Assembly (NCBI GenBank): GCA_031411295.1
Contig: JANOAV010000004.1
Span: 1-10,150 of the forward strand
Direction of reading: 5' to 3'
DNA from: Verrucomicrobiales bacterium
Lineage (GTDB): Bacteria; Verrucomicrobiota; Verrucomicrobiia; Verrucomicrobiales; V1-33
Length of the DNA stretch: 10,150 nucleotides
Made by a program: the position numbers and the translations under genes. Positions 1 to 7,440 of this stretch are shown here, piece by piece. How positions within the stretch are numbered: position 1 is the first letter of the stretch; each line of letters begins with the position of its first letter. The notes below the pieces were generated by a model. It saw only the letters and a program-made list of their open reading frames with translations, had not been told where the DNA came from and did not search any database.

Positions 1-246
1 GTCTCGATCGCTGCGCCCGCGCTGCTGTTGTCGGGCGCCGCGACGATGACCATCGTCGCGGTGGAAGCCTCGGCCGAGGGCACGGTGTGGGTGCTGGAGC
101 GCGCTTCCGACGGCGCCCATCTCAGCGTCAAGCTCGGCTCGCAAGCTGGTATGGCAATCCGGCATGGAGCGCCGTTCATCCGCATCATCTTCATCGCGGT
201 TGTGTTCGCGATGGTGATCAAGCTGCTGTGGGATCAGTTTGCCTGA
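1..246 (+). CDS. 5'-partial ORF; C-terminal part (about 151-246) resembles the end of a TauE/SafE (TSUP) family transporter, while the N-terminal part looks unrelated (possible chimera)
   Basis: Frame 1 is open from base 1 to TGA at 244-246. MAIRHGAPFIRIIFIAVVFAMVIKLLWDQFA* resembles the last helix of TSUP exporters. Bases 1-150 are about 71% GC versus about 54% for 151-240 (hand count). Confidence 0.55.
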   Translation, partial: VSIAAPALLLSGAATMTIVAVEASAEGTVWVLERASDGAHLSVKLGSQAGMAIRHGAPFIRIIFIAVVFAMVIKLLWDQFA

Positions 247-266
247 ACCGACAAGAGAAGCGGTCA

Positions 267-296
267 TCCGACTTTAGTCCTAGTCCAGAAGTCCTA
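267..296 (+). promoter_or_regulatory. Putative tandem transcription-factor sites upstream of the DUF4870 gene
   Basis: TCCGACTTTAGTCCTA (267-282, core GACT-nn-AGTC palindrome) and TAGTCCAGAAGTCCTA (281-296) both end in AGTCCTA with a 14-bp period, in the intergenic gap. Confidence 0.25.
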
Positions 297-367
297 TACC
301 CGGTTTCTGAGAGTGACCGCATCATGGGCACGTCATTGCGACACCAAACTCAAACAACGCTAAACCC

Positions 368-763
368 ATGAACTCCACCGCACTCGACCCCTCCAATCAT
401 CTCCCGATCCGCATCGAAGCCGCGCCTGCCTTTGGCGGCGGTTCCATGCCGCAGAACCAGGAGATGACCTTCGTCCTGCTCGCCCACCTCATCCCGATCA
501 TCATCTGGCCGTGGAAGCGCGGCACCAGCCCCGCCGTGGATGCGCATGGCAAGGAAGCACTGAACATGATGTTCACGCTTATGATCGTGATGTTCCCGCT
601 CGGGATCATCGGGGGTCTGCTCGGCGCTGCGGCTGCCACGGTGATCAGCATCGGCACTTTATTGCTGAGCTTTGCCATGCTGATGCTTGTGGTGATCGCC
701 TGTCTGAAGGCCCAGCAAGGCTGGCTGCTGCGTTATCCCGGCAACTTCCGTTTGATCAAGTAA
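368..763 (+). CDS. DUF4870 domain membrane protein
   Basis: 131 aa with LAHL..PIIIW, VDAHGKEALN, two further hydrophobic helices and terminal KAQQGWLLRYPGNFRLIK, the typical DUF4870 pattern. Confidence 0.85.
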   Translation: MNSTALDPSNHLPIRIEAAPAFGGGSMPQNQEMTFVLLAHLIPIIIWPWKRGTSPAVDAHGKEALNMMFTLMIVMFPLGIIGGLLGAAAATVISIGTLLLSFAMLMLVVIACLKAQQGWLLRYPGNFRLIK

Positions 764-797
764 TCCAGGCTTCATCCACTCCCAATACTCCGACACC

Positions 798-935
798 ATG
801 AAGCGTCTCCTCCACTTCCTCGATCTCCCGCTCGCCTTCCATGAGAAGATGCGCCTGCTCTCCTCCTCACGGAACCGCAAGCTTCCGGCGAAGGTGATCT
901 ACCTCATGAATGATGGCTGTATCGACCCACCCTGA
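798..935 (+). CDS. Possible 45-aa small ORF or gene remnant (not in the ORF track)
   Basis: ATG at 798 to TGA at 933-935: MKRLLHFLDLPLAFHEKMRLLSSSRNRKLPAKVIYLMNDGCIDPP. C-ending codons as in neighbours; starts 34 nt after the DUF4870 stop; overlaps the VanZ 3' end by 32 nt. Confidence 0.3.
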   Translation: MKRLLHFLDLPLAFHEKMRLLSSSRNRKLPAKVIYLMNDGCIDPP

Positions 936-1332
936 CCAACAAGCGCCCCACGATCCACGCGGCGAGTACTCCGCCGGTCACATCGGCCAGCCAGTCCCAC
1001 CGATCATTGCCACTGCGGCCTGGCGTGAAGGTTTGGTGAAACTCATCCAGCGCACCGACGATGGCGGTGAACAGGAAACCTGGAATGACCAACGAACGCC
1101 AGTTTGGCAACGACGATTTATTGCCAAAGAGAGCGAGCAAAAAGCACACCGCGCCGCCGCAGAAGTAAGTGCAGTGCAGCAGCTTATCCTTCAGAGGAAA
1201 TGACGGGCCGCTGGGCAGATGGCTGTTCGCCGAGAGCATCCAGAGCACCGCCAGCCAGACGATGACGCCCAGCCACCAGAGCCAGCTTTTCCTCACCAAG
1301 AGTGAACCGAGGGCAGTGAACTGAGAACGCAT
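904..1332 (-). CDS. VanZ-like family membrane protein
   Basis: Motifs DKLLHCTYF, GALDEFHQTFTPGRSG and DWLADVTGG with about four TM segments. Start placed at ATG 1332, which overlaps the upstream TGA (TGATG), rather than at 1371. Confidence 0.88.
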   Translation of the reverse strand: MRSQFTALGSLLVRKSWLWWLGVIVWLAVLWMLSANSHLPSGPSFPLKDKLLHCTYFCGGAVCFLLALFGNKSSLPNWRSLVIPGFLFTAIVGALDEFHQTFTPGRSGNDRWDWLADVTGGVLAAWIVGRLLVRVGRYSHHS

Positions 1333-1607
1333 CACTCTTTCATTTCCTGCTCCATGCGCTCGCTCAGCCATTGCTTGATCATGCTCTGGTAGTTGAGGTA
1401 GCGGGAGCGGGCGATGCGCTTGATGCGCGCTAGCATGCGAGGGTCGAAGCGCAGGGTGATGGTGGTGGACTCCCGCACATCCTGCCGTTGCAGGGCGCTG
1501 TTCATCAGGCGCACGTCGAGTTGGTGCATGGCCCAGAAGGCGGCCTCACTGCGTTCGTCGGCAAAATCGGGGAGTTGCGTCCAATCGGTTATCTTATTCA
1601 TGGTCAT
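1332..1607 (-). CDS. brnA: BrnA/CopG-like antitoxin (ribbon-helix-helix)
   Basis: N-terminal LPDFADERSEAAFWAMH motif and C-terminal RHH TTITLRFDPRMLARIKRIARSRYLNYQSMIKQWLSE; starts 8 nt after the BrnT-like stop. Alternative start at 1601. Confidence 0.8.
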   Translation of the reverse strand: MTMNKITDWTQLPDFADERSEAAFWAMHQLDVRLMNSALQRQDVRESTTITLRFDPRMLARIKRIARSRYLNYQSMIKQWLSERMEQEMKE

Positions 1608-1615
1608 CGTTGGAA

Positions 1616-1891
1616 TTAGAGGAACTCGGTGTTTTTGCGCTCGTAGAAGTTAAGTTCCTCGGGAGTCATGTCCCGGGAGAAAATGATGCGATATTTCTTC
1701 CCATCGGTCCAGAAGAGGCTCCAGATGGGACGATTGCCCACGGACTTTCCGAGATGGAAATAGCGGTTTGCGCCCGGGCCGTCTTTTTCGGGCAAGAGTC
1801 GCAGACAGAATGGGTCCTCGAACGATTCCTCGATCTCTCGGGGAGTTACAGTTTTGAGGTCAAAGGGAGCATCTAGCCAGTCGAAGTCCAT
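1616..1891 (-). CDS. brnT: BrnT-like (DUF497) toxin, atypical
   Basis: 91 aa: MDFDW start, EIEESFEDP, RYFHLGKS, YRIIFSRDMTPEELNFYE; toxin-before-antitoxin order is typical of BrnTA. Lacks the usual N-terminal K..N..KHG segment. Confidence 0.75.
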   Translation of the reverse strand: MDFDWLDAPFDLKTVTPREIEESFEDPFCLRLLPEKDGPGANRYFHLGKSVGNRPIWSLFWTDGKKYRIIFSRDMTPEELNFYERKNTEFL

Positions 1892-1921
1892 GAGTGGGCG
1901 GGAAGCGATAAGCGGGTGAAG

Positions 1922-2320
1922 TTAGGCGGAACCGGGGATTTTGGAGCCGCGTTGAATAAGTTCAATTTCATACCCTTCCGGGGCATCAATGAAAGCGAAA
2001 ACACTACCAGAACTGCTGGTGGTGGGACCGTCTGAAAGTGGGTAGCCCAGCTTGGATGAATGCTGGGCAAAAGTGGCGATGTCTTCGACCTCAAAGGCCA
2101 GATGAGTCAGGTCCGGGCAAACGGTCACGGGTCCGCTGGCGTCATATTGGCAAATTTCGATGAGTTCCTCGCTGCCTGGCGTTTGGAGGAAGACGAGTTC
2201 GGAGCCACGCGGAGACTTATGCCGCCTAATTTCTTTGAGGCCGAGCACGGCGGTGTAGAAATTGACGGTTTTCTCGAGATCGTTGACGCGGAAGCGCGTG
2301 TGGAGCAGTCGGGTAACCAT
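1922..2320 (-). CDS. gloA: Lactoylglutathione lyase (glyoxalase I) / VOC family protein
   Basis: LLHTRFRVNDLEKTVNFYTAVLG, IEI, HLAFEVED and FAFIDAPEGYEIELIQ give the His/Glu/His/Glu metal-ligand pattern of glyoxalase I. Confidence 0.82.
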   Translation of the reverse strand: MVTRLLHTRFRVNDLEKTVNFYTAVLGLKEIRRHKSPRGSELVFLQTPGSEELIEICQYDASGPVTVCPDLTHLAFEVEDIATFAQHSSKLGYPLSDGPTTSSSGSVFAFIDAPEGYEIELIQRGSKIPGSA

Positions 2321-2428
2321 GATTATTAATGAACTGCCACTCTAGTGCCGCAGATTTGACGCAGCGGCAAGATGTATTTGCCAGCAATTAAGTTGCGCTG
2401 GGGAGGTGCGAAATTTGGGGCGCGACTC

Positions 2429-3292
2429 TTACTCGGTCACGGCGGACTTGACCGTGGGGGCTCCGTTGATCCACCCGAGGGAGGCGAGAAATTTATCCGT
2501 CTCCACCAGGGTCTCGGAGAAATGTGGCTCCTTGTTAAAGAAACCATGACCTCCGCCAGGATAGATATGAGGCTCACAGCGCGCCCCGACGGATTTCATT
2601 GCTGCCGCGAAATCCTGCAGCACCTTGACCGGAATCAGATTGTCCTTGTCCCCCAGAAACACCACGGTGGGTGGAGTCGTCTTGGTGATGTTATGCGCGG
2701 GCGAGAACTCTTGATAACGTTCCCCGACCCGTTCATGCCCCCATTGCCCCGGGCCGTTGTTGAAGACGGGGTTAAAGAGGACCAGCGCGTTCGGCTTGCA
2801 GGAAATTTTCAAATCATCCTTGGCGTCATCCTGTCCCTCCACCATGGCGGTAAAAGCCGCCAAATGGCCACCGGCAGAACCTCCCGCCGCAGCGATGCGA
2901 TCTGGATCAATCCCCAGCTCCGCAGCATGGCTGCGAACGTAACGCAGAGCGGATTTTGCATCGGCACAGCACAGGATCGGCGGGCCTTTGTCACCTTTGG
3001 GGATCACCCGATACTCCACGCGGATGCCCACCATGCCTCGCGAGGCGAGGTATTCGCTCTGCTTGAGAAACTGCTTCGGCGTGCCGCCCACCCAGCCTCC
3101 GCCAAAGAAAAATACGATGGCTGGATGTTTGTCCGTGGCTTTCCAATCTGCGGGCTTTTCCACGAACAAATTCAGCTCCCGATCCCCCACTTTTTTGTAA
3201 GTCATCGTCTCCGCCGCAATTAACGAGAGGGAGCAATTGAACAGCACGGTCAAGAGGACGCACAGCAGACGAAGTTTGGGTAGGGAGCACAT
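2429..3292 (-). CDS. Secreted alpha/beta hydrolase (HSL-like carboxylesterase)
   Basis: Signal-peptide-like N-terminus, oxyanion FGGGW, nucleophile GGSAGG, GDKD acid and GGGHGFFN histidine. Start may be 3292 or 3304. Confidence 0.9.
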   Translation of the reverse strand: MCSLPKLRLLCVLLTVLFNCSLSLIAAETMTYKKVGDRELNLFVEKPADWKATDKHPAIVFFFGGGWVGGTPKQFLKQSEYLASRGMVGIRVEYRVIPKGDKGPPILCCADAKSALRYVRSHAAELGIDPDRIAAAGGSAGGHLAAFTAMVEGQDDAKDDLKISCKPNALVLFNPVFNNGPGQWGHERVGERYQEFSPAHNITKTTPPTVVFLGDKDNLIPVKVLQDFAAAMKSVGARCEPHIYPGGGHGFFNKEPHFSETLVETDKFLASLGWINGAPTVKSAVTE

Positions 3293-3398
3293 GGCGTTAA
3301 GCATAGCACAGCGGACAGAGCCTGTCGATCATGGATTGATGGTTGCGGCAGGGCTCATAAATTGCGGTTCCGCATTTACTGACCGCGCAGGATTCTGA

Positions 3399-3426
3399 TT
3401 GTCGCCATTTGCTAGGGAGGTATGAT
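3399..3426 (+). promoter_or_regulatory. Candidate sigma70 promoter of the sulfatase
   Basis: TTGTCG (3399-3404), 16-nt spacer, TATGAT (3421-3426); would favour the ATG at 3437 as the start. Confidence 0.3.
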
Positions 3427-3436
3427 AGGCGCACTT

Positions 3437-5293
3437 ATGATCTTACGCCCGCTCCGAGTTGCCTGCTTATTCCTGTTCACTGTCACGCTGGCAATGGCGG
3501 CGGAGCGACCGAATATCCTCTGGCTGGTTAGTGAAGATAATGCGGCCTACACCGTCGGTGCCTATGGCGATCCGCTGGCCCGCACCCCCAATCTCGATCA
3601 ACTTGCGGCCAAGGGCATTGTGTTTGACCGGGCCTATTCGACCTCCGCCGTTTGTGCCCCCACCCGCTCCAGCATTATTACCGGGCGCTACGCGAGTGGG
3701 ATGGGCACGCAGCACATGCGCAGCGATCGGGCCTTGCCGGAGGGGGTGAAGTTTTTCCCCGAATACCTTCGCACGGCCGGTTACTTCACCACCAACCACG
3801 CCAAGACGGACTACAATACCTCCAATTCACCAGCCGCCGCTTGGAATGAAAATGGCAATAAAGCGCACTGGCGAAATCGCGCGCCCAATCAGCCGTTCTT
3901 CTCCATTTTCAATTTCGAAAACTCCCACGAAAGCCGATTGCATAGCCGGGCCAAGCTCAGCACAGACCCGGCCAAGGTCAGAGTCCCCGCTTACTTGCCG
4001 GATACCCCCACGGTCCGGGCGGACTTGGCCCAGTATTATGACTGTGTGACCAATTCTGATCGTGCCCTGGGCGAAATCCTCGAGCAACTCACCGCCGATG
4101 GCTTGGCCGAAGACACCATTATTTTCTATTATGGCGACCACGGTGGGGCAGTTTCGCGCAGCAAACGTTTCCTCTACGAGAACGGCACCCATCCGCCCTT
4201 GATCGCTCATTTCCCCAAGAAATATCAGCATCTGGCACCCGCCGCGGCCGGCACGCATGTCAGTGAATTGGTCAATTATGTGGACTTGGCCCCCACCGTG
4301 CTCAGCTTGGCGGGCGTGCCGTTGCCGGGGCAATTCCAAGGTCGGGCGATTGCCGGTCCAGCTCGCAGCGCGGCACCGGAGTTCACCTTCATGTTTCGCG
4401 ATCGCATGGACGAACGCTACGAACTAGCCCGGGCGGTCACGGATGGACGGTATCGCTACATTCGGAATTATTACCCCAGTCAGCCCTGGGGGCAGCACTT
4501 GGATTTTCTTTATCGCCAAGCCTCCATGCAGGAATGGGCGGAACTGTTCAAGGCAGGGAAACTCAGCCCCACTCAGCGCGCGTTCTTTGAGCCCAAGCCA
4601 GCCGAGGAGCTATTCGACTGCCAGGAGGACCCGGACAACGTCAAGAATCTGGCGACGGATCCCGCTCAGGAGTCCAGGCTAGCCAAGCTGCGGGCCGCCC
4701 TGAAGCAGCATCAACTGGCCATCCGAGACACCGGATTCATGCCCGAGCCTCTCATGATTGACTGGGCAGGCAAGAGTTCCCCATCCGTGCCGGCAGCCGA
4801 TGATAAGCGGTATCCACTCGCTAAAATCCTGGACCAAATCGATGCCTTGCAACTGCCCGCCCATCCCGACGCCACGGCGTTGGGAGTGGCCCTAGGCTCG
4901 GAGAACCCCCTCCAGCGATATTGGGCGGTGGTCGCCTCGCATGCTGCGAAAACCCTGCCAGACTTGACACCGCTATTGAAAGACGAGCAAGCCGTGGTGC
5001 GACTGGCCGCAGCCGAAGCCATCCTCCGACGCGCGGCCAGCGAACCTGCCTGGGCGGTGATTGAACAAGTCCTCAAAACCGAGCGCGGTGAGGGCAATAA
5101 TTTGGTGCTCTTCGCCCTCAACGTCGCGGCCAGAATTCCGCGAGAACTCCCCGCATCGATCACCGCCACAGTAACCACTATGGCCAAATCCAAGGCGCAA
5201 GGCAAAGGAGAGAACTACACCGCCCGGGCCGTGGAGGAATTGCTCAAGAGAAACGCAGAGAAAGGCAAAAGACACAAAGGCGCAGAGCTTTAA
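3437..5293 (+). CDS. Secreted formylglycine-dependent (Cys-type) sulfatase with C-terminal HEAT-like repeats
   Basis: Signal peptide then RPNILWLVSED, CAPTRSSIITGRY (CxPxR), YLRTAGYFT, GDHG, VDLAPTVLSLAG, EELFDCQEDPDNVKNLA; C-terminal LLKDEQAVVRLAAAEAI HEAT-like motif. Start 3437 or 3422. Confidence 0.93.
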   Translation: MILRPLRVACLFLFTVTLAMAAERPNILWLVSEDNAAYTVGAYGDPLARTPNLDQLAAKGIVFDRAYSTSAVCAPTRSSIITGRYASGMGTQHMRSDRALPEGVKFFPEYLRTAGYFTTNHAKTDYNTSNSPAAAWNENGNKAHWRNRAPNQPFFSIFNFENSHESRLHSRAKLSTDPAKVRVPAYLPDTPTVRADLAQYYDCVTNSDRALGEILEQLTADGLAEDTIIFYYGDHGGAVSRSKRFLYENGTHPPLIAHFPKKYQHLAPAAAGTHVSELVNYVDLAPTVLSLAGVPLPGQFQGRAIAGPARSAAPEFTFMFRDRMDERYELARAVTDGRYRYIRNYYPSQPWGQHLDFLYRQASMQEWAELFKAGKLSPTQRAFFEPKPAEELFDCQEDPDNVKNLATDPAQESRLAKLRAALKQHQLAIRDTGFMPEPLMIDWAGKSSPSVPAADDKRYPLAKILDQIDALQLPAHPDATALGVALGSENPLQRYWAVVASHAAKTLPDLTPLLKDEQAVVRLAAAEAILRRAASEPAWAVIEQVLKTERGEGNNLVLFALNVAARIPRELPASITATVTTMAKSKAQGKGENYTARAVEELLKRNAEKGKRHKGAEL

Positions 5294-5344
5294 CCTCAGC
5301 AACTCGGCCAGCTCTGCGACTCTGCTCCTCTGTGCCTCTGCGTT
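5252..5344. repeat. Palindromic element with 8-nt periodic arms (CGCAGAG type), overlapping the sulfatase 3' end
   Basis: Left arm AACGCAGAG-AAAG-GCAAAAGA-CACAAAGG-CGCAGAGCT (5252-5289); right arm AGCTCTGCG-ACTCTGCT-CCTCTGTG-CCTCTGCGTT (5310-5344). Outer and inner 9 bp are perfect inverted repeats. Confidence 0.85.
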
Positions 5345-5349
5345 AAAAT

Positions 5350-5467
5350 CACCTCCACCGCAGATCTTCCCAGAGAGTCTCCATAAGTTGAAGCTTCTCG
5401 GACAACGGCATTAAGGTAATTTCGGCTGCGGTCATGGATCAGTGTGAATCCAGCCACCTCCACCGCA
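5350..5467 (+). repeat. 13-bp direct repeat CACCTCCACCGCA
   Basis: Exact copies at 5350-5362 and 5455-5467; internal ACCGCAG (5357-5363) / CTGCGGT (5426-5432) inverted pair. Confidence 0.65.
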
Positions 5468-5491
5468 AGAGATTATTGGACCTGGACTTTA

Positions 5492-5569
5492 ACCACGAAT
5501 TTCACGAATTGCCACGAATGAGAAGACTGAGGTTTTTCTGATTCGGGGAAATTCGGGAAAATTCGTGGT
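5492..5569. repeat. Palindromic element with 9-10-nt periodic arms (CACGAAT type)
   Basis: CACGAAT at 5494, 5503 and 5513; ATTCG(G/T)G at 5541, 5551 and 5561; terminal 11-bp perfect inverted repeat ACCACGAATTT / AAATTCGTGGT. Confidence 0.88.
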
Positions 5570-5857
5570 CCAAAATTCGTCTTCGCTTACCAGTTCTCCC
5601 ATTTCCCGGGCCAGATCCACTCAGGCCGATGGGTTGCAGCCTTGGAAGAGCAAATGTTGAGAGATCTGTGGTCCGTGCCAGAAGCAAGCTTGTGGCAGCG
5701 TCACCAAGCCCAACGCGGAGTCTGGAGCGAGAAGATCCTAATCGCGCTCTTAAATAGTAGTTTCTCTGCTTGTTCCTGCATTTTCCCCTTTCTCCCCGAC
5801 TGCTTTTGTTATTCAATGCGCACGTTCTTCATTTATTCACTCTATTGCTAACATTCC

Positions 5858-6415
5858 ATGGGTATTATCATCCTGCTTATTTTTGGGGCTATCTGTGCCG
5901 CCATCGCTTCCGGCAAGGGGCGGAGCGCTCTGGCATGGTTCTTCCTTGGCTTCTTTTTTCCGATCATCGCCTTGATTGTGGTCTGCTGTGTGTCGGATCT
6001 TAACGAGGAGAAGCGTTACCGCTCCGGGCAGGACCGGGAGAATCGGATGCTGCGGGAGAAATTGCTGCAGGAACAAATGAAGTTGGAAAGCCTCCGCCAG
6101 CATGCCGCGCACCGTTTGGATGAACACGACAGGCTCCTGCAGGCCAACACCAGAAACAGCGCACCTCCGCTCATGGGCAATAGCCTGCAACCGGATATCC
6201 CTCAAATAACTAACATCGATGACGACCTCGCTGATGAATCCGTATGGTATTACGCCGTGGGAGGTAAGCACTGCGGCCCCCTAACCAGGAAGGTCATGAT
6301 TCAGTTGATTGAGGTGGGAAATATTCAGCACGATACCCTGGTCTGGAACGAACGCTGGGCGGAGTGGACCATGGCAGGAAATACCACTGAATTTGGCTGG
6401 CATTTCACCGTATGA
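5858..6415 (+). CDS. Membrane protein with coiled coil and C-terminal GYF_2 (DUF4339) domain
   Basis: Two N-terminal TM helices around ASGKGRSALAWFFLG, charged helical linker, then WYYAVGGKHCGPLT...LIEVGNIQHDTLVWNERWAEW. Confidence 0.85.
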   Translation: MGIIILLIFGAICAAIASGKGRSALAWFFLGFFFPIIALIVVCCVSDLNEEKRYRSGQDRENRMLREKLLQEQMKLESLRQHAAHRLDEHDRLLQANTRNSAPPLMGNSLQPDIPQITNIDDDLADESVWYYAVGGKHCGPLTRKVMIQLIEVGNIQHDTLVWNERWAEWTMAGNTTEFGWHFTV

Positions 6416-7281
6416 AACCCATCGAAGGAACCTTCATTCTGGAAGGCTTGGTGCAGGGGCCAGTGCCGGATGCCCGTGATGGGACTGAACTGCTGGGACG
6501 TTTTGCCGCTGATGTCATTAGGAATCACCTGCCGCTTACGTTGGAAGTGACTGGCGGACAATTTTCCCTCTTGGCCGATGGCCAGCCTCACCCGTGTTCA
6601 GATTTCAACCCCAAGCCTATTCCGGGCTGCATTCAACAGGCATTGGAACAACTGCTGACATTGCTGCCGCCGCAGGATCGCTTACTGGTCATCTCCACCC
6701 TGCGCTCCCGCGAGTTCCAGCCAGGGACGGTCCAGCAGACGCTTTATTCCATCGTGGCACCCGGCCAAGTCCAAGTGCAGACGCGCGAATCCCCAGCCGA
6801 TGTCATTTTACGAAGCAACCTGCGCACTCAACTCATGAAACGCCGACTCATGATAGGCGGACTGACCGTGCTGGCATTGGGGATCGTTGCCAAAGTGGTC
6901 GATTTCAAACCATGGCTCCACCGAGTCGGCACGAGCCTGAAATTGCAGCCTCCCACAGTGATCCCTGAGGACACCGCTGCCATGGCAGAGGGAATCACAG
7001 CCACCGCCATCATTGGAGAAATGTTGGAGATAACCCTGACACGCGGCCCGCAATGGGAGGCCCTGCTGCAAACGCCCCCCACGGAACCAGACTGGACGAA
7101 GCACCTAGCCGCCACCGCCCTGCACCGAGGCTACGCCCTCGTCATCCTCCTGGACGCCTCAGGCAAAACCATCCGCTCCCAAACCCTGGACCTGGAACCC
7201 CTGCGCTCCGCCCAGACCTGCATCGTGAGCATTTCCTTGGCAAAATACGAAGTTGTTTCCGCTGTTAAGGTGCGGCCGTAA
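6412..7281 (+). CDS. Hypothetical bitopic membrane protein
   Basis: 289-aa ORF overlapping the upstream stop (ATGA); one hydrophobic segment LMIGGLTVLALGIVAKV after basic KRR; no recognised domain. Confidence 0.72.
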   Translation: MKPIEGTFILEGLVQGPVPDARDGTELLGRFAADVIRNHLPLTLEVTGGQFSLLADGQPHPCSDFNPKPIPGCIQQALEQLLTLLPPQDRLLVISTLRSREFQPGTVQQTLYSIVAPGQVQVQTRESPADVILRSNLRTQLMKRRLMIGGLTVLALGIVAKVVDFKPWLHRVGTSLKLQPPTVIPEDTAAMAEGITATAIIGEMLEITLTRGPQWEALLQTPPTEPDWTKHLAATALHRGYALVILLDASGKTIRSQTLDLEPLRSAQTCIVSISLAKYEVVSAVKVRP

Positions 7282-7292
7282 AGGACCCAGCA

Positions 7293-7311
7293 AAATCTCG
7301 TCGCGAGATTT
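7293..7311 (+). terminator. Possible terminator hairpin
   Basis: AAATCTCG-TCG-CGAGATTT perfect 8-bp stem, 11 nt after the stop at 7281; the U-tract is weak. Confidence 0.35.
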
Positions 7312-7408
7312 AACCACAGAGTTGCAGAGTTCGCAGAGATTTCTTCTGGCGTATTGCTTCGTCAAAGCTCAACCAGCCTCTGCGTCCTCCCTTCCTCTGT
7401 GGTTAAAT
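7308..7408. repeat. Palindromic element with periodic arms (CACAGAG/GCAGAG type) and a 14-bp perfect terminal inverted repeat
   Basis: ATTTAACCACAGAG (7308-7321) / CTCTGTGGTTAAAT (7395-7408); inner CGCAGAG (7332-7338) / CTCTGCG (7378-7384). Confidence 0.9.
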
Positions 7409-7440
7409 TTCACTTTGGTCGAGAGGGAAGCGGTTGGGGG

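Noticed and set aside
904..1332. VanZ as a glycopeptide-resistance determinant
   Set aside because: VanZ-like proteins are widespread and no other van genes are present.
2372..3223. 283-aa plus-strand ORF
   Set aside because: Antisense shadow of the esterase, which has a complete catalytic motif set; no recognisable motifs of its own.
3467..5302. Several minus-strand and alternate-frame ORFs within the sulfatase
   Set aside because: Expected shadow ORFs in GC-rich coding DNA.
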